Below, piece after piece: positions 9,777 through 19,270 of a stretch of DNA of 64,000 nt. The notes beneath the pieces are model-generated. The model had not been told where the DNA came from and did no database searches. It saw nothing but the letters and a program-made list of their open reading frames with translations. The position numbers and the translations under genes are program-made. The stretch is taken from the NCBI GenBank assembly GCA_963727805.1, contig CAVSHF010000005.1, positions 320,001 through 384,000 of the forward strand, in the 5' to 3' direction. Within the stretch, counting starts at the first letter, position 1; each line of letters begins with the position of its first letter. The stretch comes from an uncultured Nitrospiraceae bacterium. Lineage in GTDB: Bacteria > Nitrospirota > Thermodesulfovibrionia > Thermodesulfovibrionales > Dissulfurispiraceae.

Positions 9777-9845
9777 TTCTACTGATACTCATCGATTTCA
9801 CCAGTACCTGGATTTGATGATTACCAAAATAATCTGTCATTACTT
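9777..9845 (+). repeat. Degenerate junction repeat, partial copy
   Basis: Reverse complement GTAATGACAGATTATTTTGGTAATCATCAAATCCAGGTAC aligns by eye with 38365-38400 and 33733-33756. Confidence 0.6.
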
Positions 9846-10057
9846 CGTTTTCGAATGAATCCTTCGAACATGCATTAAAAAGGGAAATATTGGTTGAAAA
9901 CAAATAGCCCAGAATGGATATGTCGAGGACAATATTAATACCTAAGGTGTTATCAGCTGCAAGTGAAATTTCGGACGATGTATCGTGTGCCCTGTAATGC
10001 TTTTACCGTCAAAAATAAATTTCGATTCAGAATATGAAAGACTGACCCGCTGATCAT

Positions 10058-13000
10058 CTAGTTGTCCAGCACGTCTCTGATTTTTCTTAATAGATATTTG
10101 GGTGAGACCGGCTTAGATATGAAATTCACATTTTTCTCTACAAGGATGTCTTCGTCAATCCTATCAGCAGTATAGCCGCTTACAAATATAACTTTCATAT
10201 CCGGCTTAACTCTTTTTATTGCATCATACACTTCCCTGCCGCTCTTCTTCGGCATGATCATGTCAAGCATTATTAGTTGTATTTTGTCCTCATTCTTAGT
10301 AAATTGTCTTATTGCATCGTCCCCATCACTTGCCAGGATTACTGTATATCCACTGCTTGAGAGAACAGTATGATATAGGTCTCTTATTTTCTCATCATCC
10401 TCTGCTACAAGTATTGCCTCAGCGCCGACTGCGGGAAGGGATTCATCTTCATTTTTGCTAACAGCCTTACTTCTTTGAGTAAGAGGCAAATATATAAGAA
10501 ACGTCGTACCCTTCGAGATTTCACTTTTGACCTCGATATAGCCATCGAGCTTATTGATTATCCCGTATACCATTGCCAGGCCCAGTCCTGTACCTTTTCC
10601 TGTCGGCTTTGTTGTGAAAAAGGGTTCGAATATCTTCGATGCTGTCTCCTGATCCATACCAATCCCGGTGTCGGAAATGCTAATCAAAGCATAAGCCCCC
10701 GGTTTGATGTAATAGTTGCTTTCAAGGGATGTCTCGTCGAGTGTCACTATCTTCGTACTTAAAACAAACCGCCCTCCTTTGGGCATGGCATCCCGAGCGT
10801 TTGTCGCTAGATTCATGAGCACTTGATCCATCTGTGCGGCGTCAACCAGACATATAACATCCTCATCGGTAAGGTTGACTACGATTTCTATGTCCTCTCC
10901 TATGAATCTTGACAGTAATTTCACTGACTTCCTCAGCAGGTCATTAACATCCCATGGCAGAGGATTTATTATCTGCTTTCTGCTGAATACCAGGAGGCTG
11001 CGAGTTACATCGGCTGCCCTGTTAGCTGACTCAAGTATCTGCTCAACATCTTCTTGCAGAGGGTCGTTACGATCTAGCTTTGTCTGAAGAAGATAACCGT
11101 ATCCGGTAATCGCTGAAAGAATATTATTGAAGTCGTGAGCTATGCCCCCAGCAAGCTGTCCCACAGCTTCCATCTTTTGCGCCTCTATGAATTGAGCTTC
11201 AAGATTCAGCTCACGAGTGATGTCCCGCTTGACCGCAACGTAGTTCTCAATAATCCCAGCAGAATCCAGCACCGGCGAAATAGTCGCTTCTTCAGTGTAA
11301 TATGTTCCGTCTTTCCTCTTGTTAGTGAGACGTCCCTTCCATGTTTTACCTCCGGTGATGGTTTGCCACATCACTTTGTAGAAATTCTCGTCATGATTAC
11401 CGCTCTTGAGAACTCGCGGATTCTGACCGAGAGCCTCCCTACGAGAATAGCCTGTGGTTAATTCGAATGCAGGATTCACATACTGAATGGCTCCCTGAGC
11501 ATCGGTAACAACAACGACCTCAGCCGCCTGTTCAATAGCCGTAGTCAGAAGTTCGTGTTCAGCTTCAACACGTTTGCGCTCGGTTATGTCCTGAACCCAA
11601 CCTATAGTATTGATCAGCTGGCCGTCTTTATCGCGAAGAACCGTAATCTGAGTATCAGCCCAAACAACTGTGCCATCTTTCCTAATATATCTCTGCTCCA
11701 TATGAAACAGGGGGATTTCGCCAGAGCGCAGTCCAGTGCTTAGCGCCATCGAGGGCTCCCAGTCATCCGGGTGGAGGAGCCCTCTCGGCCCTAGTTCCAT
11801 TATCTCAGCTTCGCTGTATCCTAGAAAATCACGATAGCATTGGTTAGTGAGAATGATCTCACGCTGCTTGCCTAGAAAAGCGATACCGATGGGGGATTCT
11901 TCAAATATTTTACGGAATCGTTCCTCGCTCACTGCAAGCGCCGTCTCCGCCACCTTGCGCTCGGTGACGTCCCGGAAACTCCAAACCCGCCCAACTATAC
12001 CATCCTGCATCCACTGGGGTCTCGAATAGCGCTCGAAGATTCTACCGTCCTTGAACTCCAGCTCGTCGAAGCTCTCTTGTTCGGGATGAGCGTACAGAAC
12101 CTCCACCTTTGCGAGAAATCCTTGAGGGTCTCGCAACTGATCTAAAACTAATGTAATTACTCTTTTGTCATCCCTGGATAAAAGTATGTCATGCGGTAAG
12201 TGCCACATCTCAGCAAAACGAGCGTTGAAAGTCACGATTTCTCTCGCCCTATTCACAACCAGAATCCCGTCCGCTGTGGACTCCAGAGTCGCTTGCAGGA
12301 GTGACAGAGATTTTTTTTGATCCTCATCGGCGAGCTTTCGGTCAGTTATGTCAAGGATCATGGCAAAGGCACCGCGAAAATGATGCTCCGCATCAATGAT
12401 CGGTGTTGCTGAAACAATGGTCCACACTGCCTGCCTGTCTTTCCGACGCCATCGGCGTTCATAATGCTCCGCAATATCCCGATGCCGATTCTCCATCCTC
12501 TGTAAGTGATCTGGCAGATCCTCCTCAAAAATAAACGAGCCTACGTCTTGACCGACTATCTCTTCTGCTTCGTATCCCAGCATCTCAGCCATTTGAGCGT
12601 TAACAAAACTTATCCGGCGATCTTCATCCAGAGCCCAAACGCCCTCGTTGGCCGCATCAACCATCAGGCGGTATTTCTCCTGGCTCTGCCGTAATGCTTC
12701 CTCGGCCCGTTTGCGCTCCATGATTTCATGCTCAAGCTTCTTATTGATATCCGATATTTCCTTTGCCGACTTTTCAATATCCGCTGCATGACTGATAAGA
12801 AATAAAAAACGTGTAACGAGTCCTGTAAACGCCAATCCCGCCAGGAGGAATATCCAAGGGCTCCAGCTTTCCCTGGCGGCAATAAAACCCGGAGTGGCCG
12901 AATAGACTACCGTCCATTTGCGGCCTGCAACATCAAGCGTCTTTGAAGTTATTAAATCTGTATCAGGAAGTTCTTGGTTTAGCATGGGAACTTTACGAGT

Positions 13001-13858
13001 GCGAGATTGATGTGTATAGAGGAACCGTTCTTTCTCAGTCGCCGACGAATCATAGATAATAAAGTCCACGCCTACTGGGGTTAAATAATTTACTGCTTTT
13101 TCTGCGATATCACCAATCCTAAATACACCCAGAGCGAAGCCTTCAAGATTGTCCAATCGTGCCTGATCAGAATTTATCAATGCATCCTTCCTGTAGATCG
13201 GCGTAAAGACAATAAAACCGAATTGACTCTTTGTCTCCTGAACAAGAGTTATTCTTGCAGTGGCATGCATCTCACCTGTCTTTCGAGCGACTTCCAAAGC
13301 CTCCAGCCGTGTGGGATTAGAAGCAAGGTCAAAACCAAAGGCTTTCTCGTTACCCTTATAGGGTTCAACAAAATAGACTGGGAAATATTCCTTTCGCTTC
13401 TCCGCTCCTTCCATCTCTCCCTGTGCGACCAGTTCGGTGAATTGAAAATCTGGGAAGCCATCTCTTTTTGCGGCCTGCTCATAGGCCTCTCTCTGGGAAT
13501 GCGGTACACGTGGTATCCATTCGAGGGCTTTAATGCTTTCATGCTGCTTCAGAATATGGTCTGTAAAATTCTGAAACTCAGATCTCACCACGGTTCTTTC
13601 CGAGGCATAATATAGGGATTGAAGCGATGTAAGCGCGGATATATCGCTATCGAGCTCTCTTTTCAACGCAGAATAGCGGTTATCCGCTGCTGCATTGAAT
13701 TCTACCTCTATGAGTTTCTTGTTAGCATAATAACTCGAAGCAGAGACGATGATGGATAAGGCAACACCAAGCACCAGCATTACAGTGAATAGAATATTAC
13801 GAAAGGTTTTATTGCGCAAAGTGTATATCATGATATTGCTATTGTCGTCCCTTGTCAT
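10058..13858 (-). CDS. Hybrid sensor histidine kinase: CHASE, multiple PAS, HisKA, HATPase and receiver domains
   Basis: CHASE (YFPVYFVEP...GFDLAS), four PAS/PAC units (DITERK-like), H-box GGIAHDFNN, NARDAM, GTGLGL, C-terminal REC (LDMIMP). Confidence 0.93.
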   Translation of the reverse strand: MTRDDNSNIMIYTLRNKTFRNILFTVMLVLGVALSIIVSASSYYANKKLIEVEFNAAADNRYSALKRELDSDISALTSLQSLYYASERTVVRSEFQNFTDHILKQHESIKALEWIPRVPHSQREAYEQAAKRDGFPDFQFTELVAQGEMEGAEKRKEYFPVYFVEPYKGNEKAFGFDLASNPTRLEALEVARKTGEMHATARITLVQETKSQFGFIVFTPIYRKDALINSDQARLDNLEGFALGVFRIGDIAEKAVNYLTPVGVDFIIYDSSATEKERFLYTHQSRTRKVPMLNQELPDTDLITSKTLDVAGRKWTVVYSATPGFIAARESWSPWIFLLAGLAFTGLVTRFLFLISHAADIEKSAKEISDINKKLEHEIMERKRAEEALRQSQEKYRLMVDAANEGVWALDEDRRISFVNAQMAEMLGYEAEEIVGQDVGSFIFEEDLPDHLQRMENRHRDIAEHYERRWRRKDRQAVWTIVSATPIIDAEHHFRGAFAMILDITDRKLADEDQKKSLSLLQATLESTADGILVVNRAREIVTFNARFAEMWHLPHDILLSRDDKRVITLVLDQLRDPQGFLAKVEVLYAHPEQESFDELEFKDGRIFERYSRPQWMQDGIVGRVWSFRDVTERKVAETALAVSEERFRKIFEESPIGIAFLGKQREIILTNQCYRDFLGYSEAEIMELGPRGLLHPDDWEPSMALSTGLRSGEIPLFHMEQRYIRKDGTVVWADTQITVLRDKDGQLINTIGWVQDITERKRVEAEHELLTTAIEQAAEVVVVTDAQGAIQYVNPAFELTTGYSRREALGQNPRVLKSGNHDENFYKVMWQTITGGKTWKGRLTNKRKDGTYYTEEATISPVLDSAGIIENYVAVKRDITRELNLEAQFIEAQKMEAVGQLAGGIAHDFNNILSAITGYGYLLQTKLDRNDPLQEDVEQILESANRAADVTRSLLVFSRKQIINPLPWDVNDLLRKSVKLLSRFIGEDIEIVVNLTDEDVICLVDAAQMDQVLMNLATNARDAMPKGGRFVLSTKIVTLDETSLESNYYIKPGAYALISISDTGIGMDQETASKIFEPFFTTKPTGKGTGLGLAMVYGIINKLDGYIEVKSEISKGTTFLIYLPLTQRSKAVSKNEDESLPAVGAEAILVAEDDEKIRDLYHTVLSSSGYTVILASDGDDAIRQFTKNEDKIQLIMLDMIMPKKSGREVYDAIKRVKPDMKVIFVSGYTADRIDEDILVEKNVNFISKPVSPKYLLRKIRDVLDN

Positions 13859-14017
13859 ACAGCGGGAGATGATATTTATAGCCGGCGAAGGTTTCGTTTT
13901 GCGCGGCTGTGGCCAGCAATTTTGGTCTTTCCATTATTTACCTCTATCAGAAGTATAACCATGAACATTATAGCAGATTCAATTGGTTGGCATTTTGAGG
14001 TAAATGATAGAGATCTT

Positions 14018-14290
14018 TTCGGAAGTCGAGACGAGCGTCGGTCGGTAAAGCATGTTTATGTCTACTGAAAGTCACGACTGTAAGCAGTCTGGCAAAATCA
14101 ATGATAGCCGTTAGAAACATTGATTCTGTGCTTCCTTAAACAGAGCGAGCTGCATGCAACCGGAAACTAATACATTCGGAGAGGCGGCCCAAAAATAGGT
14201 TGCTTGGTGGAGTGTTGAAACGCCTCCCGATGATTATTGATTCTACCCATCAGGGTATTCAGGATACACTCTTTCGATGATTAATTGTAA
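14018..14290 (+). repeat. Degenerate junction repeat, composite copy
   Basis: 14018-14070 resembles 39917-39969; 14112-14159 resembles 15501-15549 (18 nt identical); 14215-14290 resembles 38501-38577 and 59430-59500. Confidence 0.75.
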
Positions 14291-14384
14291 GGATACGATC
14301 TGGCTAACCATGGGAATCTGCAACAACTAGTTTACTCGGAAAACATATGGCTTTTATCCTTCCATCAACAAGACATCAAGGGGG

Positions 14385-14855
14385 TTATTTCTTGAGAGAT
14401 GCGCTGATGATGAGCAGCGTTACGCCGTCAGCTAGCAGTAAGAGGTTAAGCGTCATGCTCATAGCATGGAGTTTTCGGAATGTTTTCCTGGCGGGAGAGT
14501 CGTCCGGTAGCGATTGAAAAGAATGGACTTCCTGCTTGACGCTGCGGATTTCCGGATGGAGCTTGAAAGAAACAAACAAATTGATAGCGACGGCAATGAC
14601 TGCCAGCACAAGGGACCAGAGGAATCCTGCCTGCCCGAAAAGATATCTGCAAAGAGGGAGGAGCAAGAGTACGAGTACCGAAAGGACCAAAGTGAAAAGG
14701 AAATAACCCGGGAAGAGCTTCCCCACGATCTCCCCCGCCTTATCTCTGTCGTATGACCTGAAGATTTTCGGAGTCACGATAAAAGTAAAGAGGCTTATCC
14801 CTCCTACCCATAGGGCAAGTATGATTATATAGACTGAATGAATGAAAGCTGTCAT
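14385..14855 (-). CDS. DUF4149/TMEM205-like membrane protein
   Basis: WVGG...F.VTPKIF, AGEIVGKLFPGYF and FRKLHAMSM motifs; 4 TM segments. Confidence 0.85.
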   Translation of the reverse strand: MTAFIHSVYIIILALWVGGISLFTFIVTPKIFRSYDRDKAGEIVGKLFPGYFLFTLVLSVLVLLLLPLCRYLFGQAGFLWSLVLAVIAVAINLFVSFKLHPEIRSVKQEVHSFQSLPDDSPARKTFRKLHAMSMTLNLLLLADGVTLLIISASLKK

Positions 14856-14887
14856 AATATTATCGCCTCTATTCAATTCTAACAAAG

Positions 14888-15460
14888 ATGATACGCAAAG
14901 AAAGAATGAATAATACTGGCTTACTTCTAATAGATCTTCAGCGTGATTTTTTACAGCCTTCTGGACGGATGTTTGTTGGCAAAAGACAAGCTGATAGCGT
15001 GATTGAATGCTCTCAGCGCCTGATATCTTTTGCTCAGAGCAATGATCTGCAGCCTATTTTGATAGTGAATCAGTTTTCAGCCCATGATCGACTTGGAAAC
15101 TTCTTCCGTCGTCATGCGGCTATTGCTGGAAGTGTGGGCGCTGAAATAGACCCAAGGATCGTACCACAGGGCTTCCCTTGTTTTACCAAAGACACGTCTG
15201 ATGCATTTTCGAATACGGAACTTAATGATTTCTTGAGGGGACAGGGAATTACTCACCTTATTATTGTCGGTGTCTATGCGGAGGGGTGTGTTCTATCGAC
15301 AGCAAAGGGCGCCATGAAACGTGGATATGAAGTAACTATTGCCTCAAATGGTGTTGAATCCAATAAAGAATGGAAGAAGCGATTGGCACTTTGGTATATT
15401 CAACGGAGAGGGGCACATGTTGTCAGCAGTACGGATATTCAACGAGACTCCACCTCCTAA
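14888..15460 (+). CDS. Isochorismatase-family cysteine hydrolase
   Basis: LLLIDLQRDF, K...SDAF.NTEL, GVYAEGCV.STA (D-K-C triad). Confidence 0.9.
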   Translation: MIRKERMNNTGLLLIDLQRDFLQPSGRMFVGKRQADSVIECSQRLISFAQSNDLQPILIVNQFSAHDRLGNFFRRHAAIAGSVGAEIDPRIVPQGFPCFTKDTSDAFSNTELNDFLRGQGITHLIIVGVYAEGCVLSTAKGAMKRGYEVTIASNGVESNKEWKKRLALWYIQRRGAHVVSSTDIQRDSTS

Positions 15461-15500
15461 CCATCAGTACAGCCGATTTACTATGATCGATAATTCCCGA

Positions 15501-15549
15501 TAGAAACATTGATTCTGTTCTTTCTTTAAACGGAGAAGCCTGCATTCAA
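15501..15549 (+). repeat. Degenerate junction repeat, partial copy
   Basis: TAGAAACATTGATTCTGT is identical to 14112-14129 and similarity continues for about 30 nt. Confidence 0.7.
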
Positions 15550-15850
15550 AGGTTACGTGCAGAAACCTCCAGTTTTCTTGATCAACTTTTCCGTATATCC
15601 GGCGAGCATCTTCTCACAGAGTCTCCAAAACTGACACGCCTAATTGCATAGGATATTTCAAGTGGAAATGACGAGATGGTTATTTATCTATAACCTCAAA
15701 GAAACTACGACCAATACAAGCAGGATTCCAGGTGCTTTTATGTGAATAATACGAGCGAATAGTTTGCGGGGCGATAGAACTTCGGAGAAGGACCCATTTG
15801 CATCGCTTTCCAAGCAGACTCAGGCCCACACCTTTTCATCTCTTATTGGT

Positions 15851-17413
15851 TTAGGGTTGCCAGCTTTTCTTGCCGTATGGAATTCCAAGCTTGTTCATCC
15901 GGTTTCGGAGCGTATTTGGATGGAGCCCTAGTATTTGGGCAGCTCCTCCCGGCCCGTTGATCTTCCCGCCAGCCGTCTCCAAGGCTTGCCTTATGTGCTG
16001 TGCGGTCATCTCGTCCAGTTGGGGCAGATCTTGATTCCGGCCTGAGTTCTGAATCGGCGTGCGGACTCCGGAATGCGATACAGGTAAAAGCTTCTCAAAA
16101 GAAAGCGCACCTCCCCGGTGCTGGATCAGGGCCCGTTCAATCATGTTTTCTAATTCCCGAACGTTGCCCGGCCAGTCATAAGTGACAAGCCTGTCGATAG
16201 CACCATGGCCAAGCACAGGTCTCTCCTTGAGATTCAGCTCCTTGGTTTTGCGTTCGATGAAGTGATGCGCCAGCGCCCGAATATCTTCTTTTCTCTGCCT
16301 GAGCGGCGGGATTGTGATGGGAAAGACATTGAGGCGGAACCAGAGATCTTCACGAAATCGTCCGGAGGCAATCATCTCCTCAAGATTTCTGTGCGTAGCC
16401 GAGATAATGCGGATGTTCACCGGTATGGTACTTGTCCCTCCCACGCGCTCGATCTCTTTCTTTTGAAGGACATACAGCAATTTCACCTGAGCCTGCAAGG
16501 GCAGTTCTCCGATCTCGTCTAAGAAGATAGTCCCTTTGTCTGCCCGCTCGAACCGGCCCCTTTTCTGCGCGACCGCTCCGGTGAATGCACCCTTCTCGTG
16601 ACCGAATAGCTCGCTGTCGAGAAGAGTCTCGGGAATTGCGCCGCAGTTCACCTTGATAAAAGGCCCATCTTTGCGGGGCGAAGAATAGTGAATCGCATTG
16701 GCGATGACCTCTTTTCCTGCACCCGTCTCCCCCAGCAACAGCACAGGGCTGTCAAGGGGGGCCACCTGCCTGACCATTTCCATCACCGGTTTTAGACCAA
16801 AATCCGAACCGATGATCTCGTCCCCCGAGACGGACCGCAGTTCGTTATAGAGATAGCGGTTGTCGTCAGCCAGCATGTCCTTGAGTCGAATAATTTCCTG
16901 ATGTTCCAAAGCTTTTGACATGGCAATAGCAATGGGTCCATGGAGCAGTTGGAGTAAACGTGCATGCTCACCGGTATATTGATTCAGGCCATCGGCATAT
17001 AGCGCAAGGGTGCCAATCTGATTTCCTTCAAGCTGCAGTATCAGGTTCATTAATGAGATATTAGCGTTGACCCCAAGTTGTTCCAGAATCTCCGGGAGGC
17101 CTGCCTCCTTGTCGGGATGAAGAATTAGGACCTTTCCTTCATTTGTCAAAAAATCCGCCTGTAAATCGGCTGCCCTTTTCCCCCGGCCTTTCTCGGGCAA
17201 GTGTAGGACTCGTTTATTCACATGGTTGAGACCGACTGATGCCACGAATTTCATAAGATTCAGATCAGGATCCAGTATATGCAGGGTCATTCCATTCGCG
17301 GGAATATAAGCTCGTATGTATTCAAAGCAGCGCTTCAGAGCCGTTACAATGTCGAGGCTGCTGCATATGCGCAGGGTCGCCTCTCGAAAAAAATCGTTTT
17401 CATCCACGTTCAT
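15851..17413 (-). CDS. Sigma54-dependent enhancer-binding protein (GAF-like, AAA+, HTH; FhlA-like)
   Basis: GETGAGKE, GAFTGA, FLDEIGE, WPGNVREL and a C-terminal HTH (AAQILGLHPNTL). Confidence 0.94.
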   Translation of the reverse strand: MNVDENDFFREATLRICSSLDIVTALKRCFEYIRAYIPANGMTLHILDPDLNLMKFVASVGLNHVNKRVLHLPEKGRGKRAADLQADFLTNEGKVLILHPDKEAGLPEILEQLGVNANISLMNLILQLEGNQIGTLALYADGLNQYTGEHARLLQLLHGPIAIAMSKALEHQEIIRLKDMLADDNRYLYNELRSVSGDEIIGSDFGLKPVMEMVRQVAPLDSPVLLLGETGAGKEVIANAIHYSSPRKDGPFIKVNCGAIPETLLDSELFGHEKGAFTGAVAQKRGRFERADKGTIFLDEIGELPLQAQVKLLYVLQKKEIERVGGTSTIPVNIRIISATHRNLEEMIASGRFREDLWFRLNVFPITIPPLRQRKEDIRALAHHFIERKTKELNLKERPVLGHGAIDRLVTYDWPGNVRELENMIERALIQHRGGALSFEKLLPVSHSGVRTPIQNSGRNQDLPQLDEMTAQHIRQALETAGGKINGPGGAAQILGLHPNTLRNRMNKLGIPYGKKSWQP

Positions 17414-17509
17414 CGTTTATTCCTCGTTTCGTCTGTCTTTCCGGGGATGACGTTCTTTCCGCAAATCAAATCGCCTAACAAGATGTGGAACAATTACTAA
17501 ATATGGTAG

Positions 17510-17537
17510 CACGGTTTACCATATCCGGTAAACCGTG
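17510..17537. promoter_or_regulatory. Perfect inverted repeat, candidate enhancer (UAS) for the adjacent EBP
   Basis: CACGGTTTACC-N6-GGTAAACCGTG between the divergent EBP gene and the sigma54 promoter. Confidence 0.6.
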
Positions 17538-17582
17538 AAAAGAGAATTTATGTAACTGTCTGTATTTATATACATTTCTACC

Positions 17583-17598
17583 TTGGCACGAAACTCGC
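17583..17598 (+). promoter_or_regulatory. Sigma54 (-24/-12) promoter
   Basis: TTGGCACG-AAAC-TCGC gives GG-N10-GC, with an AT-rich IHF-like tract upstream. Confidence 0.75.
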
Positions 17599-17641
17599 CA
17601 ATAAAGAAAAAAATACAGGAGTAATTCAAAGAGGGAATGCT

Positions 17642-18046
17642 ATGAAATGGGTTGAGATTATTTCATTACGTTGTGCTGCAAACATCGATGCGCTGTTCGT
17701 GAACGTAGTGAACGAACTTTTCAAAGCGATCAGCGAGTCTGATTCGGCGACGGATGCGCCAGAGCATCTGGTAGAAATAAGGGGATATCATCATTCCATA
17801 GTGGAGACCGATTTGAGCATCCATATCTATTGGGATGCTGAATCGGGGAGCCAGGACAAGAGTCCTCTCGGGCTAAGATTTTCTGCTGCTTTAAGAGATC
17901 TGGGACTGCTGAATCATTCCGTATGGGTTGAGACAGCGGCCCTCGAATTCCCTCTCAGTTATGGGAACCCCAGATCCCTAGACATCTTGGAATCGGATAG
18001 GAAGGACATATCAAAAGATTTACTGAGTAATGGGGGAAAATTCTGA
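17642..18046 (+). CDS. Hypothetical protein, first gene of the sigma54 operon
   Basis: GAGGGA RBS, 134-aa ORF directly after the sigma54 promoter. Confidence 0.7.
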   Translation: MKWVEIISLRCAANIDALFVNVVNELFKAISESDSATDAPEHLVEIRGYHHSIVETDLSIHIYWDAESGSQDKSPLGLRFSAALRDLGLLNHSVWVETAALEFPLSYGNPRSLDILESDRKDISKDLLSNGGKF

Positions 18047-18130
18047 AACAAAAATGAATCTTCTTGTTGATGAATTTGGAATATAAGTACTACCGAAACA
18101 CGACGAGAGTCGATCAAAAAGGAGCGTAAA

Positions 18131-19246
18131 ATGACGAAAAGAATAAGAGCAATCTCAATCATCGCCTGCCAATCAATCTTAGCGATTTCACTGGCGGCAT
18201 GCTCAGGTGACGCCGACAAGAAGCAAGCAGACGGTGAACCCGTGCCGGTGGCAGTCGGAAAAGTTCAAAAAGTGCAGGAACGTGAAACGATATCAGTGAG
18301 CGGCACGGTCACCACGCCAAACTCACCGTCTAACGTATCGTTTCTCGTGTCTGGAAAGGTCGTCTTTGTAGGCCCGCGGGAAGGTGATTATGTCAGCAAG
18401 GGGCAGAGACTTGCATCTATTGACCCAACGGATTACCAGCTGGCCCTTGCTGCGGCTAAGGCACAGGCAGACATGACCGGAGTCGTGTTTAAACGTTCAG
18501 AGGATGAGCATCGGCGGATGAAGATGTTGTACGACTCGAATAGTCTTGCCCCGAACGATTACCAAAAATTCAAAGCTTTGTTTGATTCTGCCGCCCAGCA
18601 GCACGAGCAGACCGTTGCCTCAGAAAAGCTGTCCCGGAAACGTCTGACGGATGCGACTCTGTGTGCGCCCACCAGCGGCTACATCTCGAAACGGATGATA
18701 GAGCCGGGTGCTGCCGCCGCTCAGGGGCAGCCCGTCTTTGAGATCGTTCAGATGGATCCCGTCGAGGTGAATGTCGGCGTTCCTGAAACGGACGTGCACC
18801 TCGTCAGGATAGGACAGAAAGCGGAGATTACGGTTCCAGCTCTCCAGGGAAAGTCATTCGAGGGTACGGTTCGAATCATAAACGTTTCCGCAGATCCCAA
18901 TACACGAACCTACATGACCAGGATCAGTGTGGCCAATCGCGAACACTTCCTGCGTGTGGGGATGGTTGCGGAAGCAACCATCCGCGGGGACCGGACGGTA
19001 TCTATGGTGACGCTTCCGGGGGATGCGGTTGTACGTGATCCGCAGGGCGCGACGCAAGTATTCGTCTACTACCCCGACCAGAAGCGAGTATACACGAAGC
19101 GAGTGGAAGTAGGAGCGGTAGTCAACAAAGACGTCGAAATAAAGAGCGGACTTTCCGGCGATGAGCTGATCGTTCTTGGTGGCCAGACAAGGCTCAGAAA
19201 CGGTCTGCCCGTGTCGGCAACAGAAAACCAGACCGAACGCAAATAA
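18131..19246 (+). CDS. RND periplasmic adaptor (MFP) lipoprotein
   Basis: Lipobox LAAC, biotinyl-like and hairpin domains, AP.SGYI and GM.AEA motifs. Confidence 0.92.
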   Translation: MTKRIRAISIIACQSILAISLAACSGDADKKQADGEPVPVAVGKVQKVQERETISVSGTVTTPNSPSNVSFLVSGKVVFVGPREGDYVSKGQRLASIDPTDYQLALAAAKAQADMTGVVFKRSEDEHRRMKMLYDSNSLAPNDYQKFKALFDSAAQQHEQTVASEKLSRKRLTDATLCAPTSGYISKRMIEPGAAAAQGQPVFEIVQMDPVEVNVGVPETDVHLVRIGQKAEITVPALQGKSFEGTVRIINVSADPNTRTYMTRISVANREHFLRVGMVAEATIRGDRTVSMVTLPGDAVVRDPQGATQVFVYYPDQKRVYTKRVEVGAVVNKDVEIKSGLSGDELIVLGGQTRLRNGLPVSATENQTERK

Positions 19247-19270
19247 ATCTATCCTGAGAGGAACAGCATT

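Noticed and set aside
9538..9903. ORFs 9538-9903(-) and 9661-9858(+)
   Set aside because: One overlaps tRNA-Asp antisense; both run through att-like and repeat DNA and have no recognisable motif.
15454..15480. CCTAACCATCAGTACAGCCGA after the isochorismatase stop resembles an integron attC left end
   Set aside because: No matching GTTRRRY right end or bottom-strand hairpin, and no intI in the window.
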